A stretch of DNA of 64,000 nt from Paraphysomonas bandaiensis (lineage: Eukaryota > Protista > Chrysophyceae). A program made the position numbers and the translations under genes. How positions within the stretch are numbered: the stretch's first letter is position 1; the number at the start of each line of letters is the position of its first letter. This document shows positions 14,671-26,090 of this stretch, piece by piece. Location of the stretch: NCBI GenBank assembly GCA_965644295.1, contig CBFFRP010000150.1, positions 186,001 to 250,000 of the forward strand, read 5' to 3'. The notes beneath the pieces are model-generated. The model saw only the letters and a program-made list of their open reading frames with translations. It ran no database searches and was not told the origin of the DNA.

Positions 14671-15252
14671 CGCGATTTTGCTGATCGTGGTGTATGTGTA
14701 GTCAATTTGTTATGTACATTGTGGTACTATATATCACAATATAGATTTCATTTACATCGGCGCAGACGTTGATGTAAATATTTGTTTAATTGTGTAATCA
14801 TATCTTCTTAGCGAATACGTGTGCTCTCCGTTAATTCTACATGCACAAGGAGAATTGTGTGCGGCAATTGCTACAATGCACCTCAATAAGCCACTAGATA
14901 TTGTGAAGTCGTACTCCCTAGCTAATGCTAAAGCAATACACTAATCCTTATGCTATAAGCTACAATAGCTAAGCTATTAAAGTATTATTATTGACCGCGG
15001 GCTCTAAGGATGCAATTTATTGAAATCTATATTATCATATGAGTGTTCTATAGAACCAAAATAGGTATAAACAGCTTGTTTATGTGACGAAATGGAGATA
15101 ATATACTCCAACCAATAAATTGTCTACTTTCTAGTTTCTATTAAAAAGGCACACCACGATATTAATATCAATTAATTATTTATGTGATGAGGGTGTTCGA
15201 ACAGTTTAAAAGCATTTACAACATCTGCGAAATACACCCACGGCTTTAAAAA

Positions 15253-15751
15253 TTAAAATGCAGGTAAACCCTTATGTCCTCGGATCATATCTCTTGTTAT
15301 CAAACCCCTGATATCATGCCTATCGTGCTCGTTCAGCCACTCTTTACTCGCAATATCAAACTTATATGAAAAAGATCCAGATCGCGGGGTATTCATATGT
15401 AAGGCTTCATCTTCATAACATATTCTGAACCACCAAAATCTGTATAAACTGATTTACAAGTAAAGCTATAGGAGTCTCTATATGTTACCCGTGTTCACCA
15501 CAATCCACATTTAGCTCATCATCGTGGCGAATAATTTCAAACTTATCATTCATTTCCTCCATTGGGGACAAAGCAGTTTGTATTTTAGTGAGAGCATCTC
15601 TCGCTTCTCTTTTAAAGCTATATGAATATGAAACTGATTTATTATTCGATTTTTTACGAGAGAATGGAATAGTATGTGCATGTGCGGCCTGTATGGATCG
15701 GATAGGCACATGAGTTATATGAAGACGACGGGAGAATAATGATAATGACAT
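15253..15751 (-). CDS. Divergent frataxin/CyaY-like protein with predicted mitochondrial presequence (2 exons)
   Basis: Arg/Ser-rich N-terminus. Spliced product ..DELNVDCGEHGFWWFRICYEDEALHMNTPRSGSFSYKFDIASKEWLNEHDRHDIRGLITRD..GLPAF* follows the CyaY topology (S/T-P-x-S-G, then a terminal helix). Confidence 0.65.
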
Positions 15752-15900
15752 ATTAGATGTATGAGATTGTTATATGGATTAAAAATGAATGAGTTTTATA
15801 CACAAATAGCCACATGAGCTGAGGATACAACCACATCATAATAAAAAAGAATACTGCTGAATACCTTCCTTCAAACACATAGCATACGTATGAATGTACA

Positions 15901-16360
15901 GTATGTATGTATGTATGTATGTATGTATGTATGTATGTATGTATGTATGTATGTATGTATGTATGTATGTATGTATGTATGTATGTATGTATGTATGTAT
16001 GTATGTATGTATGTATGTATGTATGTATGTATGTATGTATGTATGTATGTATGTATGTATGTATGTATGTATGTATGTATGTATGTATGTATGTATGTAT
16101 GTATGTATGTATGTATGTATGTATGTATGTATGTATGTATGTATGTATGTATGTATGTATGTATGTATGTATGTATGTATGTATGTATGTATGTATGTAT
16201 GTATGTATGTATGTATGTATGTATGTATGTATGTATGTATGTATGTATGTATGTATGTATGTATGTATGTATGTATGTATGTATGTATGTATGTATGTAT
16301 GTATGTATGTATGTATGTATGTATGTATGTATGTATGTATGTATGTATGTATGTATGTAT
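15901..16360 (+). repeat. (GTAT)n microsatellite, 115 units
   Basis: Perfect tetranucleotide array, 460 bp. Confidence 0.98.
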
Positions 16361-16424
16361 GGACAGATCAATCTTACTCATTTACTCCAGCTGCTCAAGC
16401 CTTCAACAAGCTGGAGTGTGAACC

Positions 16425-17792
16425 ATGAGTGGAGCCTATGAGCGCTCCTGGTTTGACTTCGATGTCAACTCTATTCAGGATCGTATTCGTCAATCTGTAG
16501 ATGAGGTGCATACATACATACATACTTAACATATAAAATTAACACACATGTATATTCTTAGGCTTCAAAGTTGGTTGATATCAATTTAGATGACTTTAAT
16601 TTGGATAAACTACAAGAAGAAGAAGGAGAAGAAGATGATAGCAAGCCAATCAATCATACTGAAGTCTCTCATATAGCACATGAGAATACAGTGCATACAT
16701 ATACAGAATCACATAATAATCATATACATGAAAGTTCATATGTTTCAACATTACATGATAATGAAAGTGATGGAATAACCAAATCATTATGGAGTGTAGG
16801 AAGTATTCACTCTACTCCATCTAAAGATGATCAGAGAGGTGAAGAGAAAGGTACAGGGACTGCCCCATGTGCCAGTTACTCAGTGGATAGTAGTCCAACA
16901 TTGCAAAGCGATGATGCACAGGTCAGTGAGTTATGGAGTATCCATTGATATTTTTATGCCAATTTATACTGATGGAACATGTGTCTAGCATTTGCACGAT
17001 GCTTCACTCGAAACAATGCTGCCCCCAGCTGCCCCTCCCTCTTCAGCAACTCAGCAGAATAATACTATGAGAATGAGGCCTCGGCCAACTGCTGGTGAAG
17101 TGATATCGAATGAAAATACTCGAGCTAGGCTACCTGCGCACAGTGCTAGATTCCATGTTGACTCCATTCGTGGCAGTTCCAGCTTCAAACCAGAGCCAGC
17201 GCGTTCATTTTTCGACGAGGAAGTGGGAGTGAGTAGCGATCCAATATACCTCCGTGTAGAGCAGAACAAAGTCAACCCTAATAGATTGGAAGAGGGTAAA
17301 AATACGTATACTGGGTCGTCAATGAGTTCGCAACTTTCTTCAATGTCCGGATCCTGGCTTTCGTCTGTTGCTGGCCCTGCCCTCCAGGCTCTCGGTCACA
17401 CTAATGCGTCACATACTTCTCCCATTCACAGTCATCCCACCATGTCTATTTCTGAATCCCACCCGCAGGCCTCTCCGCCTGCACGACTCCACTCCACTTC
17501 TGTACCACGTACTGCACCGGTACATACTTCACACTTAATGTTCTCACTTGTCAAATATTAATCTGTCTATTTGTAGCATTATTCAAGCCTTTCTATAGCC
17601 TCCATGAGAGAATATATAGTCACCTATAGTCCGCAAGTGTTCAATGCTGTGGTCAACAACAATGGAATAGGTGCGTGTAGTCGATACGATGCACTGTGAT
17701 GTAACTTACGCATGTCGTACAGCTGCCCTTACAATATTGCTACTTATTTATTCTTATTGGAAATTTCGCCGATTTGGTACAGATTCGGGTGA
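16425..17792 (+). CDS. Unknown Ser/His-rich protein with a single C-terminal transmembrane helix (tail-anchored candidate), 5 exons
   Basis: MSGAYERSWFDFDV.. splices into ORFs 16571 and 16992. The last exon reads AALTILLLILFLLEISPIWYRFG*. Confidence 0.7.
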
Positions 17793-18579
17793 CTAGACTA
17801 GACCTAATGAACTCTGTAGTATATATTATATTGGTAATATTGGAATGCTAGGATGACGTTAGTATGATGAGTGTATCATCGAAATATTATGTAAATTTTA
17901 AATTCTTGCATTATACTTTACTACTCTCGAGTAATGTACATTAGTCGTGGGGTGCCCGGGATGATCAAAGCGAAACATCTGATATGCCACTCTCACATCT
18001 TGTAGTGTCGGCCGCATTGCATATGTACTGTCGTACTGTCAGTATTGGACATTGAACATTGAGATGATTAAAACTAAAAACTAATATAAATAAACGCTGA
18101 ACTCACTCAATAATTAGATTTCGTACTATCCTGTCTCTGACTACTCTATTATTCCACGATTAGTGACACTGTATGTGTCATGCTTAAATTCCATTTTAAG
18201 TTCTGGAATCGCTACCGAACAAGGCTTGCGTACAATTTTATTCTGACCCGTAATTTAAACGTCATCATCACAACGTTCATTAAAATATGCATGCTTTTAG
18301 AAACAGCACCATACCATACATTGAGTATGTGCAATGCATACTGCTCTTTGCATTTAGTATTAAGTCAATGAAGAGTTAGTGTAATCACTTGTAAAGTATT
18401 ATTATGTACACATGAACATGCAGAAACTTATCCAAACTCAATGGTTTGAATATAACCTCAACGATAGGGGGTGTACACTTCAAAAATAATACTGCTAAAA
18501 TACACGGCACAAATACGAAGGCACGGCTCCTCTCTAGAAGTACTAGTAGTACAATACAATAAAATCGACACCACAAATT

Positions 18580-21117
18580 TCAGTTAGAAAAAGCAGAAGT
18601 GGAGCGGTATGGTGGAGGCGGCGGGGGTGGAGCCCCAGATGAAGGTACAGGAGATGGTGACCGCCTCTCCAAAGCCTGAGATAAAACCCCGTGATCCATA
18701 TGAAACTGCTTCTCTTTGTAGTCATCAAAACTTTCATCATCGTCCACTGATGGCCTACTACTTACAAACGACGAGGGGGGTGGAGGCGGTGGCAGTGATG
18801 GTGGTGGAGGTGGTGCTAGCGGTGGGGCCCCAGATGAAGGTACAGGAGATGGTGACCGTCTCTCCAAAGCCTGAGATAAAACTCCAGGATCCATACGAAA
18901 CTGCTTTTCTTTGTAGTCATCACTACCTTCATCTTCATCCACCGAGGGCCTATTTCTGGAGGGTGGTGGTGAAGACGGCGGTGGAGGCGGTGGTGGCGCC
19001 GGAGCCCCAGATGAAGGTACAGGAGATGGTGACCGTCTCTCCAAAGCCTGAGATAAAACTCCAGGATCCATACGAAACTGCTTTTCTTTGTGGTCATCGC
19101 AGTCGTCACCACTGTCATCGCAAGGTGACTTATTACGTTGACTCAGTGGACGGGACAGTGGGGGTGGAGGAGGCGGAGGGGGTGGAGCCCCAGATGAAGG
19201 TACAGGAGATGGTGACCGTCTCTCCAAAGCCTGAGATAAAACTCCAGGATCCATATGAAACTGCTTCTCTTTGTAGTCATCAAAACTTTCATCATCGTCC
19301 ACTGATGGCCTACTACTTACAGACAACGGGGGAGGTGGGGGCGGTGGCAGTGATGGTGGTGGAGGTGGTGCTAGCGCCGGAGCCCCATATGAAGGTACAG
19401 GAGATGGTGACCGTCTCTCCAAAGCCTGAGATAAAACTCCAGGATCCATACGAAACTGCTTTTCTTTGTAGTCTTCACTACCTTCATCTTCATCCACTGA
19501 AGGCCTATTACTGGAGGGTGGTGGTGAAGACGGCGGTGGAGGCGGTGGTGGCGCCGGAGCCCCAGATGAAGGTACAGGAGATGGTGACCGTCTCTCCAAA
19601 GCCTGAGATAAAACTCCAGGATCCATACGAAACTGCTTTTCTTTGTAGTCTTCACTACCGTCATCTTCATCCACTGAAGGCCTATTACTGGAGGGTGGTG
19701 GTGAAGACGGCGGTGGAGGCGGTGGTGGCGCCGGAGCCCCAGATGAAGGTACAGGAGATGGTGACCGTCTCTCCAAAGCCTGAGATAAAACTCCAGGATC
19801 CATACGAAACTGCTTTTCTTTGTAGTCATCACTACCTTCATCTTCATCCACTGAAGGCCTATTACTGGAGGGTGGTGGTGAAGACGGCGGTGGAGGCGGT
19901 GGTGGCGCCGGAGCCCCAGATGAAGGTACAGGAGATGGTGACCGTCTCTCCAAAGCCTGAGATAAAACTCCAGGATCCATACGAAACTGCTTTTCTTTGT
20001 AGTCATCACTACCGTCATCTTCATCCACTGAAGGCCTATTACTGGAGGGTGGTGGTGAAGGCGGCGGTGGAGGCGGTGGTGGCGCCGGAGCCCCAGATGA
20101 AGGTACAGGAGATGGTGACCGTCTCTCCAAAGCCTGAGATAAAACTCCAGGATCCATACGAAACTGCTTTTCTTTGTAGTCTTCACTACCTTCATCTCCA
20201 TCCACTGAAGGCCTATTACTGGAGGGTGGTGGTGAAGACGGCGGTGGAGGCGGTGGTGGCGCCGGAGCCCCAGATGAAGGTACAGGAGATGGTGACCGTC
20301 TCTCCAAAGCCTGAGATAAAACTCCAGGATCCATACGAAACTGCTTTTCTTTGTAGTCATCGCAGTCGTCACGACTATCATCGACATATGACCCCAAGCT
20401 AGGCAAGGGGTCGCTAGAAGTGTACGGTGATAGTGATTTTTTATCTAACTCAAACGTATCTTCAATTTCAAAGTCAATGTCGCTATGTTTCGGCAACTGT
20501 GATTCCGACGTCATTGGTGGGCAATCTTGAAAAGGATGGTGGTTTGATGCAAGAGATGTACACCCCGAACTACTCCGTGGTCTGTCATCTATTTGCGGTG
20601 ACCTTCGAGAACGATACACCAGTTTATGATCCGCTTTGGGCGGGGCGGGAGTATCAAAGGAGTCACGGTCATATGAAGTTTTGAGGCATGATAGTGATGC
20701 AGCAATACGTTCTTTATCACCATTCTTTTCTGTCCGAGCAACCTGATGATGCAACATTGGGTGCTCCTCCTCGAAAAGGCTTTGTTCTGTTGCCGATGAA
20801 TAGACTTCACCATATGGAACATCTATTTCAAAAGATTCACTACGATTATATGTAGATTCCATTGAAAGAGTTTTATCAGATATAGAGGGAGAGGATGAGA
20901 TCTCATCAGAGTCTAATAGTTTAGCTCGACGGGGATGTAACTCACCTCTGTGTGTACTGGGCGTATATACTTTAGTAAGATGGTTATTACTATATTCATG
21001 ATCAGAAAATGCCCATTTAATAGAATCAGATTTTGTTTCATGCTTATATTTATGAGATAAATGTGATTTGATTTTATTACCAGTTGCTTTAAGATGAGAT
21101 GATGTGATAGTATGCAT
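18580..21117 (-). CDS. Proline-rich, intrinsically disordered protein with ten ~60-aa tandem repeats
   Basis: 845-aa ORF with the AT-rich 5' end typical of genes here. Several unit-to-unit differences are third-position D/E swaps in this frame. Confidence 0.75.
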   Translation of the reverse strand: MHTITSSHLKATGNKIKSHLSHKYKHETKSDSIKWAFSDHEYSNNHLTKVYTPSTHRGELHPRRAKLLDSDEISSSPSISDKTLSMESTYNRSESFEIDVPYGEVYSSATEQSLFEEEHPMLHHQVARTEKNGDKERIAASLSCLKTSYDRDSFDTPAPPKADHKLVYRSRRSPQIDDRPRSSSGCTSLASNHHPFQDCPPMTSESQLPKHSDIDFEIEDTFELDKKSLSPYTSSDPLPSLGSYVDDSRDDCDDYKEKQFRMDPGVLSQALERRSPSPVPSSGAPAPPPPPPPSSPPPSSNRPSVDGDEGSEDYKEKQFRMDPGVLSQALERRSPSPVPSSGAPAPPPPPPPPSPPPSSNRPSVDEDDGSDDYKEKQFRMDPGVLSQALERRSPSPVPSSGAPAPPPPPPPSSPPPSSNRPSVDEDEGSDDYKEKQFRMDPGVLSQALERRSPSPVPSSGAPAPPPPPPPSSPPPSSNRPSVDEDDGSEDYKEKQFRMDPGVLSQALERRSPSPVPSSGAPAPPPPPPPSSPPPSSNRPSVDEDEGSEDYKEKQFRMDPGVLSQALERRSPSPVPSYGAPALAPPPPPSLPPPPPPPLSVSSRPSVDDDESFDDYKEKQFHMDPGVLSQALERRSPSPVPSSGAPPPPPPPPPLSRPLSQRNKSPCDDSGDDCDDHKEKQFRMDPGVLSQALERRSPSPVPSSGAPAPPPPPPPSSPPPSRNRPSVDEDEGSDDYKEKQFRMDPGVLSQALERRSPSPVPSSGAPPLAPPPPPSLPPPPPPSSFVSSRPSVDDDESFDDYKEKQFHMDHGVLSQALERRSPSPVPSSGAPPPPPPPYRSTSAFSN
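18600..20365 (-). repeat. Coding minisatellite, ~180-bp unit x10
   Basis: Ten copies encoding KEKQF(R/H)MD(P/H)GVLSQALERRSPSPVPS. Units 5-6-7 and 8-9-10 form a higher-order duplication. Confidence 0.95.
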
Positions 21118-21121
21118 AGAT

Positions 21122-21169
21122 GGGGAGATAGAGGGAGGTAGAGGGGGTTATAGAGGGGGTGATAGAGGG
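21122..21169 (+). other. G-quadruplex consensus motif (five G-tracts, 7-nt loops)
   Basis: gggg agataga ggg aggtaga ggggg ttataga ggggg tgataga ggg, immediately upstream of the ATG at 21117 (minus strand). Confidence 0.6.
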
Positions 21170-21562
21170 TTAGTAGGAGATTACATGAGTATTGTATAGA
21201 GATTATATGGATAGATAGATTAATTGATTGATATTACAATGAAAATTTAAGGAATGGATTGATAATTATGGATGTTCTATGCACTGCTGCATGCATGGGA
21301 AGACTCTCACTCTCTATGGTGCACTGTGTATATATGGCTGTATGTAGAGTTTCTACTAGAGTTTCAGTTATATGGGGGCTATTTATAAGCCATGCAAGAT
21401 ATCGGGATATATGGACTAAAAACTCCATTATATTGTAGATTTGAGAGTTTTTAAAGTATATAAATATGAATTTATCAATATTCTGATTTTAGTTTATCCA
21501 GCATTGTACAACGATACCAAGACGTAGACTGCTGCATAGACACACACACATATCGGCAGTCG

Positions 21563-21688
21563 GCATCTTATTTTTCGGAAATAAATTGAATCAAATATAC
21601 TCTATATATCTGCAATATAACTACAGCTGAAATACAGATAATTTTTGTCTCAATAATAGAGGCATCTTTGAACAAAAATATACATACG
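21563..21688 (-). repeat. Dispersed repeat copy B (partner at 10617-10742)
   Basis: Reverse-complement similarity to 10617-10742. Confidence 0.8.
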
Positions 21689-21873
21689 CAGACCATACCA
21701 CATACAGACCGCCCAGATACCTCTACTGGTATATCTATATAAAGCCTCCATACCTAACACAGCACACACTGGTTTGGATTAGTGAGCCGATCAGTGGAGC
21801 GGAGATCAAAGCATATCTATCATTCAATCTATTGCGATATCAGTCAATCATACATACATATAAACAATTATCA

Positions 21874-22749
21874 ATGCTTGAATTCACAGAAAACTTATTA
21901 CGTAATTGGTTTAGTAATAAGTGGCTATGTTGGGGTGTTGGTCCTGTTGTAGCGGCTAATATCGGTTTCTTTGGCAGTGTCTTATTACTTGAGGGTTGTT
22001 TACGTACAGGTCTATTTGATGATTGTCTTATCACTTATAGCAAAACAAAAACACGACATGAGGCTATTAAAGGTACTCAATTAAAGATAAGTGCTATGTC
22101 ACAGTTTCAAGGATGTCTTTGGGTGTTACTCGGCCCATCTGTCTTAATCAATGCTGCAGCGAGTACATATCTACTTGATTTCGTCCATCCCATGAGAGAA
22201 AACGATAACGTATATCCTCCACTAATGGAATTTATTATTAATGTAATTCTGTTACTAGTTATTAATGACTTTTTCTTGTATTGGGGTCATCGAATACAAC
22301 ATATGGTGGAATATTTGTGGAAAAACTGTCACAGCTATCATCACCAGATCGATACACCAACTGCAGTAAGTACTGTGTATATTGACAGCCTTGATGCGAC
22401 ACTACAAGCGGGCCTTCCTGTTGCTATTGCGGGGTATATCGTTGCCCCCCACCCATTGACGATGTACGCATTCGTTTTCCTGAGACTCGCAGATAACGCA
22501 ATCAACCACAGTGGGATAAATTCAATAATACTAAATGCACTGTTTCTCAAGTATCTACCATTTCGGGGAAGTGTTGGCCATCATGATGCACACCATAAAT
22601 TTTCTAATTATACCACGAACGCTAAGAATTTTGGCGAGTATTTTTGGTTGTGGGATTGGCTATTTGGCACTTTGACAAGCGTTTCGAAACTTCAAGAGCT
22701 TGGACGGAACCATGGTAAAGTCGATGTAAACAAATCCAAAGCCTCTTGA
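21874..22749 (+). CDS. Fatty acid hydroxylase/sterol desaturase superfamily protein (C4-methylsterol oxidase-like), intronless
   Basis: His boxes DFFLYWGHRIQH, HSYHH and HHDAHH, plus NFGEYFWLWDWLFGT. First ATG at 21874. Confidence 0.9.
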   Translation: MLEFTENLLRNWFSNKWLCWGVGPVVAANIGFFGSVLLLEGCLRTGLFDDCLITYSKTKTRHEAIKGTQLKISAMSQFQGCLWVLLGPSVLINAAASTYLLDFVHPMRENDNVYPPLMEFIINVILLLVINDFFLYWGHRIQHMVEYLWKNCHSYHHQIDTPTAVSTVYIDSLDATLQAGLPVAIAGYIVAPHPLTMYAFVFLRLADNAINHSGINSIILNALFLKYLPFRGSVGHHDAHHKFSNYTTNAKNFGEYFWLWDWLFGTLTSVSKLQELGRNHGKVDVNKSKAS

Positions 22750-23251
22750 ATACATAACTCTACGAGATTAGACTTTAAGTGAGTTGCGAATGCAGGGTTT
22801 ATTTTCATAATCAGTTGTTTCTGGATGTTGATGGAAGTTGTGAACTTGAAATTCGTGGATTGGATGTGTTGCCACACTCACACAGCATGCATTTTATTTC
22901 CGCGTTACTGTAAACTTATTCAATATGTAATTCTACATTCAATGTAATGTGTCTTTGCTGTATCTTTCTTGCGGCTAGTCCGTGGTGAGTGGTGACGACG
23001 TGACGACAGATTGGTAGGAATAACTCTGAAACATACTGTCTTCACAAAATAATTTTAGTCAAAAGTCGTGGTGAATAGTAAAATATATGCATAAGATCAT
23101 TGTTACTTTAAAAGTTAAAATAGTATAATTTGAAAAATTCTGCTAATGGCAGCTCTATGCTCACATGTATGCTTTTCACGATGCCTGATGTCATCAAATC
23201 TACCAGAACAATCAATACTTACAAAAACCAACATAAATTCACAGCTCTTCT

Positions 23252-25335
23252 CTACCGTGGAGTTGCAAAGTAAGACTTTATCGATGCAACCATCATTGTT
23301 TTTTGCTTCTTCCCTTTGGTAGCACGACATGCTGGAACTACAACAGTATCTACTTGTTTCCTTTTAACTCTACCTTTGTTTGCGCACACGTCAGGTCTTT
23401 CCAATTCAGGGTCTAACTCTTTGACTGGTGAAGTTTCTGCCTCAGAGACAACCAAACGGGAGTAATCAGGGGATATTTTATCGACTGGACGAGAGTGGTT
23501 GGGTGTATCAACAGAGCTCGTTGGTGGGGTACGACAGTTATCTATTAAACTCGATGTAAGACAAGTATTTGATTTTTGAGCCTGATTCTTTTGCAAAATA
23601 TTTTCTTCCCCATTTAGATCGTTTTCGTTACGGATACATGAATCATCGATTCCATCATTGTTGAGAGAAGTCAAAACTGCTTGAGCAGAACTTTTTCTCA
23701 CTCTCCGTGAAGGCCTTCCCGTATCCAAGCAGTGAGAGAACGCATCTGAAAGAAGATCGCGGACAACAGACGTATCAGCAGATTTCGCGGGTGTTGTACC
23801 AGAGGAAGATTCACATTCGGCGGGAATGTGTTGCGCAAGGGATCGAACAAGGCAGCTGCGAGTCATCCACACGTTACCGCGGCTCAACCTGCGACCCCTA
23901 GAATGGACACTTTCGGGAGGCCTAAGTTCAGGAATTTCCCAAGGCAATAGAGGATCTATTGTTGTAAAGCCCTTCAAGGAGCAACGGCCCTCGCAGACAT
24001 CCGATACTCCAACATCATCTGGGGCTCCTGATAGCAGATCATCCCAACCACCCGTACGTTCCAGGTCTGCGTCGTCAATAAGTGGAGGAAGACCACATGG
24101 CTCTTTACAAATGTCCCCACTTATAGTATGAGAGATTAGTCTTGGGACGGAAAGTCTCCTGACCTGCTTGTCTCTTGGGTCATAAACAGGGTGATAAAAG
24201 AAGAGTGCTTCAGCGCGGAGAGCATTTTCTAGGTATTTCGCCGTGCATCGTCGGCCCCTTGTGATGCCCTGCTCTTCTAGGTGGCGCACTATTCGAGCGA
24301 GGCGGTTGTCGTCTGGTATATCCTTGAACCGAACGCAAATCTGAATAGCCTCTTCCAAACCTATCCCTGGAAGCTCCTCAGAATAAGTACACCCGGCGAG
24401 TATACACATATGAACCAAAAGTCTCCGATTGGAAGCACCGGCAAAGTGCCGCTGAAAGTATGATAGCTTCGACGTCTGGCTCTCAGGAGCGTTCTCATTC
24501 GGTGAATTTTCTTTCTGGAGATTATCAACATCCACCTTTTGTGGAGTATCTAAAGTCGCCGCAGTATGAATATTAAGAGTTCTTAGGCTTACCGCCTGCA
24601 CTGTACCTGAACTATCGAACTTATAGAGTATGGGAAAAGGAGTTCCACATAAAGCGCTGTATACTATGACATCAGGATCCTCAGTGAGTGCAGCCCGGCA
24701 TATACCCGTGTGACACAAATACACTAGCTGGGCACCTGCTCTACTTGGTGCAACCACTACAGTGACCCCAACTCGTCGCAGTGCAGCAATAGTATTTCGC
24801 TCTATTTCATGAGTCACTGTGAGGCCACGCTGAAAGCATGCAATAGCCTCGTTCCGTAATTTAGCTTTGCACACAGAGTCCTCAGTATTTTTAATACATT
24901 CCAATAGGGTCTTCCCCTGTTCGAGGTTGGAAACACGCTCTACTTCACTCACAAACTGTGACTCGGACTATATATATGAATAAGTGAAGCTGATGCGAGG
25001 ATAACATAGACAAATACCTTAAATGGACTCCTCATCCCGTCAAACACCATCACTGGTTCCACTCCAGCTAATCTGAAATTTCTTGTTCTTGTTAGCAAGA
25101 AATCGACATAGAACATATAGTCTTTGAAGTTGGCGTCTATAGTTTCTTCAGTACAGTTATATACAGCTTTGCGTAACCATTCTGTGTAATAAAATCATAT
25201 GATTAGAATGAATAGAATCATATATAGAGACATACCACTGGCATCAATAGCAATACTCATACCATAAAAATCTGCAACAGAGCATCGTTGTAACTCTTTC
25301 TCATTTAAATTATATAACAAATCTTTGAATCCCAT
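23252..25335 (-). CDS. Exonuclease 1-like XPG/Rad2 family protein, probably catalytically impaired (3 exons)
   Basis: Spliced N-terminus MGFKDLL..IAIDAS.WLRKAVY..GVEPVMVFDG; I-region VVVAPSRAGAQLVYL..LTEDPDVIVY; H3TH motif MCILAGCTYSEELPGIG; AEALFFYHPVYDP. C-terminal PIP-box-like ASIKSYF. Confidence 0.85.
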
Positions 25336-26090
25336 ATATACTCCTAACTCTTAATAACCCTGTCTATTATATATATCACTATACTATATAGAATTCACAC
25401 TGTTATAATTGAATAATTAAATTGAATTCAAATATCTTCATATAGTGTTAACTCTGTTAATATAAGAGAGATCTGTCAATAGATCATACCCATTCATAGT
25501 ACTGCTTAGTTATAGCTAGTTATTCATCTTTTAAATTAAGATATTTTTAAATTTCGAATTCTAAATAAAAGAAAACTATGGGAATATAGATGATATTGTA
25601 GTATTTTTGTGATAATTTAGGAATATTTATGTTTTACTTTACATAAAATTAAGGATATTTTGAAAGAATCCTAATTTTGTTTTGAAATTTTGAGAATAAA
25701 TGTTTATATTATATTATATTATTTCAGTTTTTCCATTTATAGACTGAATAATAATTAGGGAACATTCCAGTTCGTTCCCCCATTGAAACGTACAGAGTAT
25801 CTAACACTTTGGACCGATATACAGTATGTATACACTATTTTTTCTAGATGAAAATATATACTATATATGCTCTGTATGATACTACAGTCGAGAGTATAGA
25901 TACTCCTCCATAATGTTCTGTACTTTGTCAGTAGGAAGTTTATATGTTCCTGTCAGGACTTCAACGCATACATACATATATATATATACATATCTACACA
26001 ATCATATCATATATACGCTTAGTTTAAGTACGATTAGATATAATCAATACTCTATTCACTACATCTTACAAAGATCATCATATATAAAAC

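Noticed and set aside
15836-16441. ORFs of 166-183 aa reading YIHT/MYVC repeats (also 47660-48225)
   Set aside because: Translations of stop-free GTAT/CATA microsatellites, not genes.
18600-20365. CRISPR-like appearance of regularly spaced repeats; DYKE resembling a FLAG tag
   Set aside because: The intervening sequences are near-identical rather than unique spacers, there are no cas genes, and the context is eukaryotic coding DNA. The FLAG epitope DYKDDDDK is not present.
18609-20402. 597-aa + strand ORF and 338-aa alternative minus-frame ORF overlapping the Pro-rich repeat
   Set aside because: They are confined to the repeat array, so one stop-free unit explains them. Unit differences are conservative (D/E) in the 845-aa frame but non-conservative (L/H, L/R) in the antisense frame.
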